A DNA stretch of 64,000 bases from Gammaproteobacteria bacterium (GTDB lineage: Bacteria > Pseudomonadota > Gammaproteobacteria > GCA-002705445 > GCA-002716945), in the NCBI GenBank assembly GCA_002698665.1, contig NZZP01000036.1:5125-69124 (forward strand), read 5' to 3'. Below the pieces are notes generated by a model. The model searched no databases. It worked only from the letters and a program-made list of their open reading frames with translations, and was not told the origin of the DNA. Of the stretch, positions 1 to 12,991 are shown piece by piece (position 1 is the first letter of the stretch; each line of letters begins with the position of its first letter). A program made the position numbers and the translations under genes.

Positions 1-19
1 GAAGAAATAAATTCATCTA

Positions 20-1012
20 TTATCTAAAACTTTCTATTAAATCACTATAATCCTTTTTATTATTTAATTTTGCTCCATACACTTGTATTATTTTAGAAGC
101 ACATAAGTTTGCAAAGTTAATTGCTTCATATGCATTTTTTCCATTATATTTGTGCATAAATGCACCCAGAAACATATCACCTGCCCCAGTAAAGTCTTTC
201 GATTCAACATCAATGCCGTCAACTTCAAAATAATTTGAACCATCAAAGCAGATAGCTCCTTTAGAGCCTAAAGTAATTATAAAAGCATCAGTTAAATCTC
301 TTAAGAAATCTTTCGCGTTGCTTAAATCATCGGTTTCTGCAAAATTCAGCGCTTCTTGTTCATTACAAAAAACAATATCAGCTTTTCTAATAAATAATTT
401 TTTAATATTATCTCTAAAAAAATTAACAATATTTGGATCAGATAATGTAATGACAACCTTAGTATTAAAATTTTGAACTATTTCAATTATCTTAATACTT
501 GTATTCAGAGTCTCCTCTGATGACACTAGGTATCCTTCAATTAATACATACTCGGACTTTTTAAGAGACTCAATATCTATATCTTTAAAAGACAGACTAT
601 TAGATGACCCTAAATATGTGTTCATAGTTCTTTCATTATCAGGTGAAATTAAAACCAGGCATTCTCCACTTTTTTGATTTCCATTTTTGTTAATATATGT
701 AGTTACATTAGATTTATTCAAACATGATATAAAATTATCACCTGTTTCGTCGTTTGCAACTTTCCCAGAAAAACAGACTTTATCTCCAAATTGAGACATT
801 GCAAAAACTGAATTTGCTACTGAACCCCCTGGAATTATCTTTTCTGGCGGTCTAATATTTTTTAAATATTGATGGAGTTTAGAATGATCATCATACTCAT
901 TTAACAACATAGTTCCCTTTGATAACTTCATTTCATTAAGCATTTCATCATTAACTTTATACTCATAGTCTAAAAGAGCATTTCCTATACCATATAGTTT
1001 GAAAAGATTCAT
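20..1012 (-). CDS. PfkB/ribokinase-family kinase, adenosine-kinase-like
   Basis: 330 aa product with the PfkB signature near the C-terminus (DFTGAGDMFLGAF) and ribokinase-fold glycine motifs. The length is typical of adenosine kinases. Confidence 0.7.
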   Translation of the reverse strand: MNLFKLYGIGNALLDYEYKVNDEMLNEMKLSKGTMLLNEYDDHSKLHQYLKNIRPPEKIIPGGSVANSVFAMSQFGDKVCFSGKVANDETGDNFISCLNKSNVTTYINKNGNQKSGECLVLISPDNERTMNTYLGSSNSLSFKDIDIESLKKSEYVLIEGYLVSSEETLNTSIKIIEIVQNFNTKVVITLSDPNIVNFFRDNIKKLFIRKADIVFCNEQEALNFAETDDLSNAKDFLRDLTDAFIITLGSKGAICFDGSNYFEVDGIDVESKDFTGAGDMFLGAFMHKYNGKNAYEAINFANLCASKIIQVYGAKLNNKKDYSDLIESFR

Positions 1013-1033
1013 ATTTGTATCCTAATAAGTTTA

Positions 1034-1113
1034 TAGCGAAGGAGGGACTCGAACCCTCAACCCGAAGGAGCAGGTTTTGAATCTGCCGTGTATACCAATT
1101 CCACCACTTCGCC
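1034..1113 (-). tRNA. tRNA-Leu (anticodon CAA), class II with a short variable arm
   Basis: The reverse complement folds as a cloverleaf. Acceptor GGCGAAG/CTTCGCT with a G1-U72 wobble, D-arm GTG-GAATTGGTATA-CAC, anticodon loop TTCAAAA (anticodon CAA), T-arm GAGGG-TTCGAGT-CCCTC, discriminator A. It aligns closely with E. coli leuX. CCA is not encoded. Confidence 0.75.
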
Positions 1114-1123
1114 ATCAAGATTA

Positions 1124-1152
1124 ATTGTAACAAATTAAAAGATTACAGCCAA
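1124..1152 (-). promoter_or_regulatory. Putative sigma70 promoter for tRNA-Leu (TTGGCT, 17 nt spacer, TACAAT) about 9 nt upstream of the tRNA 5' end
   Basis: Read on the minus strand, the -35 is TTGGCT at 1147-1152 and the -10 is TACAAT at 1124-1129 with a 17 nt spacer. Sequence pattern only. Confidence 0.3.
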
Positions 1153-1371
1153 TTATGCTATAATATTGTTATGAATATAGAATTATTATATATAATCTCG
1201 ATAATTTTTTTATTTCTTTTAATTCTCTATATTATCAAACAGATTAAATTGGCTAGAGAAATATCACTTAAGGATACTACATTAGAAAATATTGAAGAAA
1301 AACTCAAAAAACATAAGTTAATCGGCGGCAGACATAAAAGAACAAATAAAAAAAACCCACCAATTGTTTAA

Positions 1372-1815
1372 TTATATGTTTTCTTCTTTAGCTGAAATTG
1401 CTTTTTTAGCCATTTCGGCACTATAAGCTTCCCCTTGCCAGAGCATGCTATAGACGATTTCTTCATTACCGTTTTCGCAGACATCGATGACTTTTTGGAA
1501 TAATGGTTGAAATGTCTCACTTTTGTGAGAGTTTTCATGATCATCATAAGATTTCCAGAAAGTTATAATCAAGGCTTCCCTATCTTTTAATTCAGAATCT
1601 AATGCTTTGCCCATATTACTTCCTTCATTGGAAATCTGTCCACTGTTTAAAACTACCATGCCACCAATAAAACCTGTTTCAGAGTGATATGTTTTAACAT
1701 TCTCACACATCATGGCTACTCTTTCTTGCAAATCATCAAGAGTATATTCCTTTTTAAGGATAACTCTATTAATTGTTACTATTCCGTCGTAAGGAAAATT
1801 ATTTATTAAAGCCAT
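1372..1815 (-). CDS. Hypothetical protein (147 aa), family not recognised
   Basis: Clean ORF with a plausible start, divergent from queA. It has non-repetitive composition and a conserved-looking core (GFIGGMVVLNSG, MLWQGEAY). No family assignment could be made by eye. Confidence 0.5.
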   Translation of the reverse strand: MALINNFPYDGIVTINRVILKKEYTLDDLQERVAMMCENVKTYHSETGFIGGMVVLNSGQISNEGSNMGKALDSELKDREALIITFWKSYDDHENSHKSETFQPLFQKVIDVCENGNEEIVYSMLWQGEAYSAEMAKKAISAKEENI

Positions 1816-1911
1816 ACTTTATTAAAACAGGAAAATGTATTAAAATCAATATAAGTATTTACTAATATACAATTAGATTGACATAAAGCTTATACATATT
1901 ATTATCTGTCT

Positions 1912-4049
<2,138 letters not shown>

Positions 4050-4050
4050 T

Positions 4051-4374
4051 ATGAACTTTATAGATTTTGCATACGCTTCAACTCAAAATCAAGAACCTTC
4101 AGCGCTAGGATTTCTCCTACCTATTTTTATATTAATTTTAATGTACTTTATATTGATTAGACCGCAATCAAAAAAACTTAAAGAACATAAGCAAATGTTA
4201 ACTGAGCTCAAAATAGGAGATGAAGTAGCTACCGCCGGAGGGTTATTAGGGATTGTCATTAAAATTGGAGAGTCATTTGTATTACTAAAAATTGCTAACA
4301 ATGTAGAAATTAAATTGCAAAAAACATCTGTAAGCAAAATATTACCTAAAAATTCTCTGGAAGCTATCAAATAA
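4051..4374 (+). CDS. yajC: Preprotein translocase subunit YajC
   Basis: 107 aa single-TM protein with the YajC core (IRPQSKKLKEHKQMLTELKIGDEVATAGGLLG). It lies between tgt and secD. Confidence 0.85.
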   Translation: MNFIDFAYASTQNQEPSALGFLLPIFILILMYFILIRPQSKKLKEHKQMLTELKIGDEVATAGGLLGIVIKIGESFVLLKIANNVEIKLQKTSVSKILPKNSLEAIK

Positions 4375-6173
4375 TGGCTGTATATTCTCGGTGGAAATAT
4401 CTTTTAGTTTTTTTGATTCTAGTATTATCAACTATCTATGCTCTCCCTAACTTTTATGCTTCAAAACCAGCAATTGAGATTAATTCAATTAACCAAAGTG
4501 AATTGAACAAAATTTTTAATGTAAACTCAAAAAAAAATAATTATAAAGTAATACAAAAAAATGATAAATCTATTATTACTTTTTCTTCAATAGAAGACCA
4601 ACTAGATGCTTATAAAAAACTAGCTTCTTCTAGTTACAATTTAGAAAATCAATACCAATATACATTAACTAGTTATATTAATCTCCCAGGCTGGCTTACT
4701 TATATTAACGCACATCCTATGTTTCTGGGTCTTGATTTGAAAGGAGGCGTGCATTTTCTTTTACAAGTAGACAAAGAAAATATTAAAACTAATTTACTCA
4801 GGGAAATTGAAACTGAGACAAAAAAACAACTTATTAGGGATAAGCATAGATTCCAATCACTATATAAAACAAAAAATGAAATTATAGTTGAATTTAGTAA
4901 AAATGTACCTCTAGATCAAATATCTGAATCAATAATTAATGAAAACCCTGATGTTGAAATTAATACTGATAAAAATGATACTAATGTTATATTACAGATT
5001 ATTCCATCGCAAACACTTATAGACAGAGATATAAAAAGCGCTTTAGCTAAAAACTTGACAATATTAAGGACAAGAGTTGATGAGCTTGGCGTTGCCCAAC
5101 CTATTGTACAAAAACAAGGTAAAGATAGGATAATAGTACAACTACCTGGCCTGCAAGACTCTACACGCGCAAAAAGTATTCTTGGTTCTACTGCTACTCT
5201 AGAATTTAGATTAACAAAAGGTAACCAGCAAGATTGGTATAACTCAGGTATTAATGGTATCCCTACTATAAATTCTTCGACTCTTTATCGCACAAGGGAT
5301 GGAGGGCCCATATTATTATCAAGAAAGGTTATAGTTGCAGGTGAGGATATCAAAGGGGCTAACTCTGGCTTTGATGGTCAAACAAATAGTCCTGCTGTAT
5401 TTGTAAACCTCAGTGACTATGGGGCTTCAATGATGTTAGAAACAACTAACAAAAATATAGGGAACAAAATGGCAGTTATTTTTGTTGAAAAAAACAAAAA
5501 AGAGGTAATTAATGTAGCTACGATAAGAGAAGCTTTTAGCAAGCGCTTTCAAATCACAGGTCTTGACATGACTGAAGCACAAGACTTAGCAATTTTATTG
5601 AGATCGGGAGCTCTTAGCGCTCCAATGGAAATTGTTGAGGAAAGAACAGTTGGTCCTAGCCTAGGAAAGTATAATATTCTAGCTGGTAAAAATTCCATGT
5701 ATTTTGGGTTATTTCTTGTTGGCATATTTATGATTATTTATTACAGACTGTTTGGTTTGGTAGCAAATATAGCTCTAGTGGCAAATATAATTATTATTAT
5801 AGCAGTGCTATCAATCTTTCAGGCCACACTTACACTATCCGGTATAGCAGGCATTGTTTTAACTGTAGGCATGGCAGTTGATGCCAATGTTTTAATATTT
5901 GAGCGTATTAGGGAAGAGATAAATAATGGTAGCAGTCCTAATGCAAGTATTTATTCTGGATATCAAAAAGCATTTTCTACTATTTCTGATGCTAACATAA
6001 CTACGCTAATAGCTGCCATATCATTACTGACAATAGGCACTGGAGCTGTAAAAGGGTTTGCCATTACACTTGTTATTGGTATTTTATCATCTATGTTTAC
6101 ATCAATTGTTGGCACTAGAGTACTAGTAAATTTAATATATGAAAGAAGAAGCACTAAAGGTTTATCAATATAA
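4374..6173 (+). CDS. secD: Protein translocase subunit SecD
   Basis: 599 aa multi-TM protein with the large periplasmic domain and SecD/SecF transmembrane core. yajC-secD-secF order. Confidence 0.9.
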   Translation: MAVYSRWKYLLVFLILVLSTIYALPNFYASKPAIEINSINQSELNKIFNVNSKKNNYKVIQKNDKSIITFSSIEDQLDAYKKLASSSYNLENQYQYTLTSYINLPGWLTYINAHPMFLGLDLKGGVHFLLQVDKENIKTNLLREIETETKKQLIRDKHRFQSLYKTKNEIIVEFSKNVPLDQISESIINENPDVEINTDKNDTNVILQIIPSQTLIDRDIKSALAKNLTILRTRVDELGVAQPIVQKQGKDRIIVQLPGLQDSTRAKSILGSTATLEFRLTKGNQQDWYNSGINGIPTINSSTLYRTRDGGPILLSRKVIVAGEDIKGANSGFDGQTNSPAVFVNLSDYGASMMLETTNKNIGNKMAVIFVEKNKKEVINVATIREAFSKRFQITGLDMTEAQDLAILLRSGALSAPMEIVEERTVGPSLGKYNILAGKNSMYFGLFLVGIFMIIYYRLFGLVANIALVANIIIIIAVLSIFQATLTLSGIAGIVLTVGMAVDANVLIFERIREEINNGSSPNASIYSGYQKAFSTISDANITTLIAAISLLTIGTGAVKGFAITLVIGILSSMFTSIVGTRVLVNLIYERRSTKGLSI

Positions 6174-7072
6174 TGTTTAAACTAATCAAAAATAATTTAA
6201 ATTTAAATTTTTTAGGTAAGAGAAATATAGCAATCACATTATCCTCATTTCTTATTATTATTAGTTTGTTTAGTTTCATATTCAAGGGTCTAAACTGGGG
6301 TATTGATTTTTCTAGTGGTTATATTGTTCAAATTCAGTTTGAACAGGATGTCAAGGTAAGTGAGATTAGAGACAACTTTATCAAGTCTGGAATTGATGAT
6401 GCTTTGATTCAATATTATGGATCTAGTAATGAAATACTTGTAAAGCTTAAGGAAAATAGTAATTTTGAACGAAATAACATCAATGAGTTTCTTAATAAAT
6501 CATTATCAAAGGATTATCAGTTTAAGATTATGAAACTTGAATTTGTAGGATCCCAAATTGGCAGCGAATTAAGAGAGAAGGGTGAATGGGCAATGTTAGT
6601 GGCATTACTTAGTATTCTTGTATATATTGGTTTTAGATTTGAATTTCTTTTTGGTATTGGAGCAATCTTTGCATTGATACACGATGTTATAATTACTCTA
6701 GGATTCTTTTCTTTACTACAAATAGAATTCAATCTAAGTGTGCTCTCAGCAATTCTTGCAGTAATTGGCTACTCTTTAAATGATACAATTGTTGTATATG
6801 ATCGTATAAGGGAAAATATAAGAACAATTAAAAGTGATTCATATATAGATATATTAAATAAGTCAATAAACCAAACTCTCTCTAGGACCATCATAACGTC
6901 TTTCACCACGCTTTTCGTATTATTTTCATTATTAATTCTAGGTGGATCAGCAGTTTATTATTTTGCATTAGCAATGATAATAGGTATTCTAGTTGGCACT
7001 TATTCTTCTATATATATAGCAGGAACCAGTTTATACTTGCTAGATGCTAAGTTAGAAGATGATTCTAACTAA
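6173..7072 (+). CDS. secF: Protein translocase subunit SecF
   Basis: 299 aa SecF-type TM core following secD. Confidence 0.9.
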   Translation: MFKLIKNNLNLNFLGKRNIAITLSSFLIIISLFSFIFKGLNWGIDFSSGYIVQIQFEQDVKVSEIRDNFIKSGIDDALIQYYGSSNEILVKLKENSNFERNNINEFLNKSLSKDYQFKIMKLEFVGSQIGSELREKGEWAMLVALLSILVYIGFRFEFLFGIGAIFALIHDVIITLGFFSLLQIEFNLSVLSAILAVIGYSLNDTIVVYDRIRENIRTIKSDSYIDILNKSINQTLSRTIITSFTTLFVLFSLLILGGSAVYYFALAMIIGILVGTYSSIYIAGTSLYLLDAKLEDDSN

Positions 7073-7844
7073 GTAACTTTAATATTTTTGAATGAAGCCA
7101 GCTCTTTGCAGCTATTATAGATGTAGAATTATATATATCATCATTACCCTCAATATCACTAATCAATATTCCAGATTCTTTGCATAAAAGTATCCCAGCT
7201 GCTGAATCCAAGATATTAATAGAAGGGTATATAATCAAATCTAAACTTCCGGATGATAAATATGCAAATTCTGTAGATGGAGAACCTATATTTCTAGATT
7301 CTCCATCTATATATGCTCTTAATTTATCTTCTATAGCACTAGATTTAATAGAATATAATAATCTTTTTTCGTGATTTTTAGTATGTCTAATTTTTTTATT
7401 CTCCTGCATTGCTCCGTTTCCTTTGATTGCTGTAGTCATCTCATCTTTAATAGGATTAAATATTACAGTAGCATAAGCACATCTCTTACGAAAAATTGTT
7501 ATTGATACATTAAATAGAGGCAATTTATTAATAAAATTCTCATAGCAGTCAATAGGATTTATAACCCAAATATACTTTTCCTCATAATCAAAAATATTGT
7601 TAACCTTACAGTTATTTTTATCTTTGATGTTATCTGGAATAAAATTTAGTGGTGAAGGCCCTAAAATATCTGTTTCTCCAAATGGATATGCATCCATGAT
7701 TACATTTACTATATGACTATAAAGATATTCATTTATCCCTTTAGATAGTATCAATTCATCTTGATTCTTTGTCAGGTATAGCTGTACTATTAGTTCAGAT
7801 ACTGACCTACATGCTTTAATTGCTATATTTAATCTTGGTTGCAT
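7065..7844 (-). CDS. suhB: Inositol monophosphatase family protein (SuhB)
   Basis: N-terminus MQPRLNIAIKACRSV matches SuhB (MHPMLNIAVRAARKAG). It is divergent from trmJ, as in E. coli suhB/trmJ-iscR. Confidence 0.8.
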   Translation of the reverse strand: MQPRLNIAIKACRSVSELIVQLYLTKNQDELILSKGINEYLYSHIVNVIMDAYPFGETDILGPSPLNFIPDNIKDKNNCKVNNIFDYEEKYIWVINPIDCYENFINKLPLFNVSITIFRKRCAYATVIFNPIKDEMTTAIKGNGAMQENKKIRHTKNHEKRLLYSIKSSAIEDKLRAYIDGESRNIGSPSTEFAYLSSGSLDLIIYPSINILDSAAGILLCKESGILISDIEGNDDIYNSTSIIAAKSWLHSKILKLLS

Positions 7845-7881
7845 ATTGTTTTATGTAGTAAATTAATCATAATATTACATT

Positions 7882-8595
7882 ATGTTTTCGAATATTAATA
7901 TTATTTTAGTAAATACTTCTCATTCTGGTAATATCGGGTCATCTGCTCGTGCCATGAAAACGATGGGTTTTGAAAACCTTATTTTAGTCAACCCTAAAGA
8001 TTTCCCATCATCACATGCTAATGCCCTCGCTGTTGGATGTAGAGATGTATTGGATAAAGCTAAAGTTTTTAATGAATTCAATGAAGCTATATCAATTGGT
8101 AATATCAACATAGGACTAACTGTCCGATCTAGGCGAGCATCAATACCTATATTAGAGATAGATGACTTCATTGATATGATATTACTAAATTCTGAAAATA
8201 AATTTAATATAATTTTTGGTAATGAAAAATCAGGATTATCAAATCAAGAACTACTTAAATGTGATTATGTTATGACTTTGCCAACTTCAAGTAAATACAA
8301 ATCATTAAATTTAGCATTTGCTGTTCAAATTGTTGTTTATGAACTATTTAAAAAATCAAAGTATAAATTATTTAAATCAAAAAAACTTCCTAATCTTGCA
8401 TCATCTAAAGAAAAAAATTTTTTCATTGAAACTCTTATATCTCTGTTAAAAACCACAAAATTTATAACGGAAAAAAACCATCAATCTTTAACCAAAAAAA
8501 TACATATTATCTTTAATAAAGCAAACTTGGAGACAGATGAGGTCAACACATTACATGGCATATTAAGCTCTCTTAGTAAATATTCAAAGAAATAG
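7882..8595 (+). CDS. trmJ: tRNA (cytidine/uridine-2'-O)-methyltransferase TrmJ (SpoU family)
   Basis: N-terminus IILVNTSHSGNIGSSARAMKTMGF closely matches E. coli TrmJ. It lies directly upstream of iscR. Confidence 0.8.
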   Translation: MFSNINIILVNTSHSGNIGSSARAMKTMGFENLILVNPKDFPSSHANALAVGCRDVLDKAKVFNEFNEAISIGNINIGLTVRSRRASIPILEIDDFIDMILLNSENKFNIIFGNEKSGLSNQELLKCDYVMTLPTSSKYKSLNLAFAVQIVVYELFKKSKYKLFKSKKLPNLASSKEKNFFIETLISLLKTTKFITEKNHQSLTKKIHIIFNKANLETDEVNTLHGILSSLSKYSKK

Positions 8596-8630
8596 TTGAT
8601 AAGATTACTAGGTTATAGGATAATTACTTC

Positions 8631-9098
8631 ATGAAACTTACTACTAAAGGGCGATATGCAATAATAGCAATGGTTGATTTGACCATGAACAGTGAGCATG
8701 ACCCAGTGTCACTCAAGGATGTGTCTGCTAGACAAAACATATCCTTATCTTATTTAGAGCAACTATTTGCAAGATTGAGGGCCGCAGGACTTGTTAAAAG
8801 TTATAGAGGTCCAGGCGGAGGTTACAGTTTAAATAAAGAAGCGACTTCGATTAATTTGTTAGATGTAATTACAGCAGTTGATGAGAATATGGATCAAACA
8901 CAATGTAGTGGTGCCATGAACTGTATTGATGAAAAACCATGCTTAACGCATTACATATGGATTGGACTAAATAATACGATTAATCAATACATGAAAGGAA
9001 TCAATTTAAATGATGTTGCATTAAGAGAGGATGTTAAAAATATCATTTTTTTACGGGAGAAAGGAAATGTCAACAGTAATCAAAGACAAAAAAAATAA
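8631..9098 (+). CDS. iscR: Fe-S cluster assembly transcriptional regulator IscR (Rrf2 family)
   Basis: Rrf2 HTH ([12 protein letters not shown]) and three cluster-ligand cysteines ([13 protein letters not shown]). It is the first gene of the isc operon. Confidence 0.85.
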   Translation: MKLTTKGRYAIIAMVDLTMNSEHDPVSLKDVSARQNISLSYLEQLFARLRAAGLVKSYRGPGGGYSLNKEATSINLLDVITAVDENMDQTQCSGAMNCIDEKPCLTHYIWIGLNNTINQYMKGINLNDVALREDVKNIIFLREKGNVNSNQRQKK

Positions 9099-10314
9099 AA
9101 TTAGTATACCCATCTACTTGGATTATTCCTCGACTACACCAGTTGACGATAGAGTTGCAAAAAAGATGTCCGAGTGTCTAACAAGAGACGGAGCTTTTGG
9201 AAACCCAGCTTCAAGGTCTCATCCTTATGGATGGGATAGTGAAAAACTTATTGATGAATCAAGGCAACATGTAGCTAACTTGCTAGGAGCTGATAAAAGA
9301 GAGATTATATGGACTAGTGGTGCGACAGAGTCAGATAATCTAGCTATTAAAGGAGCTGCGTATTTCTATAAAGATAAGGGTAATCATCTAATAACTTTAT
9401 CTACTGAACATAAAGCGGTTTTAGACACAATGAGATTCCTTGAGTCTGAAGGCTTTGAGGTAACTTATTTGGACCCAAAGGATAATGGACTGCTCGATAT
9501 CAATGATCTTAAGAAAGCTATCAAGGACACTACTATACTAGTGTCAATTATGCATGTGAATAATGAAATCGGTGTAATACAAGATTTAGAGTCTATAGGT
9601 AAAATATGTAGAGATAATAAAATTATTTTTCATGTTGATGCAGCTCAGAGTCCTGGAAAAGTAGAAATAGATGTCAATAAATATAATATTGATTTGTGCG
9701 CGCTTTCTGCCCATAAAGCGTATGGACCCAAAGGAATAGGTGCGTTATATGTAAGAAGAAAACCAAGAGTGCGTATACAACCACAAATTCATGGAGGTGG
9801 ACATGAGCGCGGGTTCAGATCAGGAACTTTACCGACACATCAAATAGTAGGAATGGGTGAAGCATTCAGAATAGCAAAAGAAGAAATGAAAGAAGATAAT
9901 AAACGAATACGTAAATTAAGAGATATTCTATGGAATGGTATAAAAGATATTGAAGAAATTTATCTTAATGGTGATCTAGAGAATCGCATATCAGGAAATT
10001 TAAATGTTAGTTTTAATTTTGTTGAAGGGGAAAGTTTGATAATGGCTATAAAAGATATAGCTGTATCATCGGGATCTGCCTGCACATCAGCAAGTTTAGA
10101 GCCTAGTTATGTACTTAGAGCTTTGGGAAGAGAAGATGAATTAGCTCATAGCTCCATAAGATTAACGATAGGTAAATATACTACTGAAGATGAAGTTCAA
10201 CATGCAATCACCTTATTAAAAACATCAGTGGCTAAACTTAGAGATTTGTCGCCTTTATGGGACATGTATAAAGAAGGTATTGATTTAAAAACAGTTAAAT
10301 GGACAGCGCACTAA
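9067..10314 (+). CDS. iscS: Cysteine desulfurase IscS
   Basis: About 70% identical to E. coli IscS by eye ([46 protein letters not shown]). The start is taken at the ATG behind a GGAGAAAGGAA ribosome-binding site (9067). The track ORF from 9031 is a 5' over-extension. Confidence 0.9.
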   Translation: MSTVIKDKKNKISIPIYLDYSSTTPVDDRVAKKMSECLTRDGAFGNPASRSHPYGWDSEKLIDESRQHVANLLGADKREIIWTSGATESDNLAIKGAAYFYKDKGNHLITLSTEHKAVLDTMRFLESEGFEVTYLDPKDNGLLDINDLKKAIKDTTILVSIMHVNNEIGVIQDLESIGKICRDNKIIFHVDAAQSPGKVEIDVNKYNIDLCALSAHKAYGPKGIGALYVRRKPRVRIQPQIHGGGHERGFRSGTLPTHQIVGMGEAFRIAKEEMKEDNKRIRKLRDILWNGIKDIEEIYLNGDLENRISGNLNVSFNFVEGESLIMAIKDIAVSSGSACTSASLEPSYVLRALGREDELAHSSIRLTIGKYTTEDEVQHAITLLKTSVAKLRDLSPLWDMYKEGIDLKTVKWTAH

Positions 10315-10315
10315 C

Positions 10316-10639
10316 ATGACAATAACCATAACAAAAAAAGCAGCAAATCATGTGAATCAACATCTACAGAGCCGAGGAAAAGGAATTGGTCTTAGATTAG
10401 GGGTCAAAACCACAGGGTGTTCAGGCTTGGCGTATGTAATTGAGTTTGCAGATAAGATAGAAAAAGAAGACAAAGTGTTTAAAGATAACGGTATTACATT
10501 AATAATTAATCCTAAAAGTTATGTTTACCTTAAAGGAACAGAGTTAGATTTTGCTCGAGAGGGTTTAAACGAAGGTTTCAAATTCAATAATCCTAATGTA
10601 AAAGATAAATGTGGATGTGGCGAGAGCTTTAATGTTTAA
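10316..10639 (+). CDS. iscA: Iron-sulfur cluster insertion protein IscA (A-type carrier)
   Basis: Near-identical to E. coli IscA ([17 protein letters not shown]-terminal CGCGESF). It starts 2 nt after the iscS stop. Confidence 0.85.
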   Translation: MTITITKKAANHVNQHLQSRGKGIGLRLGVKTTGCSGLAYVIEFADKIEKEDKVFKDNGITLIINPKSYVYLKGTELDFAREGLNEGFKFNNPNVKDKCGCGESFNV

Positions 10640-11154
10640 TGGACATATTAAATAAGAACTATTTTGAACTATTCAATATCAATGTTTCTATTGACCTTAA
10701 TAAATCAATTTTAGATGAAAAAGTTAAGAAACTACAATTAACGTTTCATCCTGATAAATTTACTAATTCTACAGCTCGCGAAAGAAAAATAGCATTAATG
10801 ATATCGTCGCATATAAATGATGGTTACAAGATATTATCTGATATCGTTCTTAGGGTTGAATATATATTAAAAATAAATAACTATGAAATAGATGATTCAA
10901 AAACAATAAATGATGAAAACTTTCTGCAGTTACAAATTAAATATAGTGAAATTATAGATTCACTCAATATCACTAAGAATCAAGATTTAATAAAGAGTAA
11001 TATTCAAGATTTAAAGATAGAAACTAGAGATATAGTATCTGAAATTAAAGAGTGCTATGAAAAATCTAATTTCCATGGAATGTGGTTGGCATTATCTAGA
11101 TTACGATTTTTTAAAAAAAATATAAAACAACTTGGAAGTTTATTGACAATATGA
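10639..11154 (+). CDS. hscB: Fe-S protein assembly co-chaperone HscB
   Basis: J-domain with HPD motif (FHPDKF) and a C-terminal helical domain. It lies upstream of hscA. Confidence 0.85.
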   Translation: MDILNKNYFELFNINVSIDLNKSILDEKVKKLQLTFHPDKFTNSTARERKIALMISSHINDGYKILSDIVLRVEYILKINNYEIDDSKTINDENFLQLQIKYSEIIDSLNITKNQDLIKSNIQDLKIETRDIVSEIKECYEKSNFHGMWLALSRLRFFKKNIKQLGSLLTI

Positions 11155-12986
11155 GTTTATTGAAAATATCTGATCCTCTGAATGATCATCAAAAAATACC
11201 TAAATTAGTGGTAGGTATTGATCTGGGTACTACTAATTCATTGGTTGCAACCTATGATACTAATTATAAAATCTATACTGATTCTGGTCATGATTTGATA
11301 CCATCTATTGTTGCTTTCTCACCTGAACATGACATATCAGTTGGTATAGGTGCAATAAAATTAGTAGATGATTCAGAAGTAAAGACAGTATCCTCAATCA
11401 AGCGGATAATGGGCTTATCATATGATCAAATTGACGAAGTATCATTACCTTTTGACTATCCTATTATAAAGCTCAATAATATGCCTTCTATATCAATACA
11501 TAAAAAAAACTATAGTCCTATAGATATATCATCTTTGATTTTAAAACATTTAAGAAATATTGTTGAAAAAACAGAAAATAGTACATTAGATGGTGCTGTT
11601 ATTACAGTGCCAGCATATTTTGATGACATCCAAAGACAAGCAACAAAAAATGCTGCAAAGTTAGCCGGTGTGAATACTTTGAGATTATTAAATGAGCCTA
11701 CAGCAGCAGCATTAGCATATGGGTTAGACTCACAAGATCAAGGATCATTTATTATTTATGATTTAGGTGGTGGTACTTTTGATGTTTCTGTTCTAACGCT
11801 TGATAATGGAGTATTTAAAGTTTTATCAACTAATGGAGATACAATGTTAGGCGGTGATGATATTGATATTATTCTATCTAATTGGCTCAAAAATAAATAT
11901 GAATTTCTTTCTGATGTACCTTTACTAACCTTAAGAGGTATTGCGAAAATAATGAAAGAGTCACTTAGTACAAATGACTCTATTGAGCACACATTCAACA
12001 ATCATATACTTAAGATTACAAGAAAAGAGCTTGATGAACTTATTATGCCTTTAATAACTAAAACTATAAAAATTGTAAAAGATGCAGTTAAGGCATCAGA
12101 GAAAAATATTAATGATATAAATAAAATTGTATTAGTAGGTGGTAGTACAAGACTATTATTAGTGAGAGAATTACTACATAACGAATTGAATTGTGAAGTT
12201 CTGAGTAATATAGACCCTGACAAAGTAGTAGCTTATGGTGCTGCTATACAAGCTTCTATCATAGCGGGGCAAAATCAAGATGATGTATTATTGCTTGATG
12301 TCCTACCATTATCGCTTGGTATCGAAACTTATGGAGGGTTGGTGGAAAAAATAATTACTCGTAATACACCAATACCTATAACATCTACAAAAACATTTAC
12401 TACATTTAAAGACGGACAGACAAAACTTCTGGTTCATATTCTCCAGGGAGAACGAGAATTAGTAAATGATTGTAAGTCATTAGGCCAATTCATTTTGTCT
12501 AGTATTCCACCTATGGTATCTGGTGCTGCAAGAATAGATGTTGAGTTTCAAATAGATGTGGATGGGCTTCTGTCTGTTACTGCCATAGAAAAAAATTCCG
12601 GCGTGATGTCATCAATAGATGTTAAACCATCTTATGGGCTTAGTGAAGTTGAAATAACAAAAATGATAGAGGAATCAAACTCTCATGCTAATAGTGATAT
12701 GGCTGCAAGAAAACTTAATGAATCAAAAGTTGAGGCTAAGCGTGTTATTTATGCTCTGGAACAAGCATTAATAAAAGATGGTAATGAATTATTATCAGAT
12801 AATGAGGTATCTACTATAAAGCAATCATTATCAGAATTAAAGTCATCACTAGATAAAAATGACCCAGATTTAATTAATCATAATATTAAACAAACAGAAC
12901 AAATATCTGAATTTTATGTTGATAGAAGAATGAATAGAAGTATCAACTCCTTCATTGCAGGAAAAGGTGTTGATGATATACTGTAA
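11151..12986 (+). CDS. hscA: Fe-S protein assembly chaperone HscA (Hsp70 family)
   Basis: 611 aa Hsp70 with actin-like ATPase motifs ([17 protein letters not shown]). hscB-hscA-fdx-iscX order. Confidence 0.9.
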   Translation: MSLLKISDPLNDHQKIPKLVVGIDLGTTNSLVATYDTNYKIYTDSGHDLIPSIVAFSPEHDISVGIGAIKLVDDSEVKTVSSIKRIMGLSYDQIDEVSLPFDYPIIKLNNMPSISIHKKNYSPIDISSLILKHLRNIVEKTENSTLDGAVITVPAYFDDIQRQATKNAAKLAGVNTLRLLNEPTAAALAYGLDSQDQGSFIIYDLGGGTFDVSVLTLDNGVFKVLSTNGDTMLGGDDIDIILSNWLKNKYEFLSDVPLLTLRGIAKIMKESLSTNDSIEHTFNNHILKITRKELDELIMPLITKTIKIVKDAVKASEKNINDINKIVLVGGSTRLLLVRELLHNELNCEVLSNIDPDKVVAYGAAIQASIIAGQNQDDVLLLDVLPLSLGIETYGGLVEKIITRNTPIPITSTKTFTTFKDGQTKLLVHILQGERELVNDCKSLGQFILSSIPPMVSGAARIDVEFQIDVDGLLSVTAIEKNSGVMSSIDVKPSYGLSEVEITKMIEESNSHANSDMAARKLNESKVEAKRVIYALEQALIKDGNELLSDNEVSTIKQSLSELKSSLDKNDPDLINHNIKQTEQISEFYVDRRMNRSINSFIAGKGVDDIL

Positions 12987-12991
12987 ACGAA

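Noticed and set aside
1171-1371. 66 aa plus-strand ORF in the gap after tRNA-Leu
   Set aside because: Extremely AT-rich and low complexity (IISIIFLFLLILYII ... KKNPP). No RBS and no recognisable family. Most likely a chance ORF in an AT-rich intergenic region.
8596-8630. IscR autoregulatory binding site upstream of iscR
   Set aside because: The 35 nt gap contains the direct repeat ATTACT-N13-ATTACT but not a convincing type-1 IscR inverted repeat. There is too little sequence to call, and the promoter probably lies within the 3' end of trmJ.
9031-9066. Upstream extension of iscS ([12 protein letters not shown]) overlapping iscR by 68 nt
   Set aside because: No homology in the extension, whereas ATG 9067 has a good ribosome-binding site. 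A 32 nt iscR/iscS overlap remains and is plausible.
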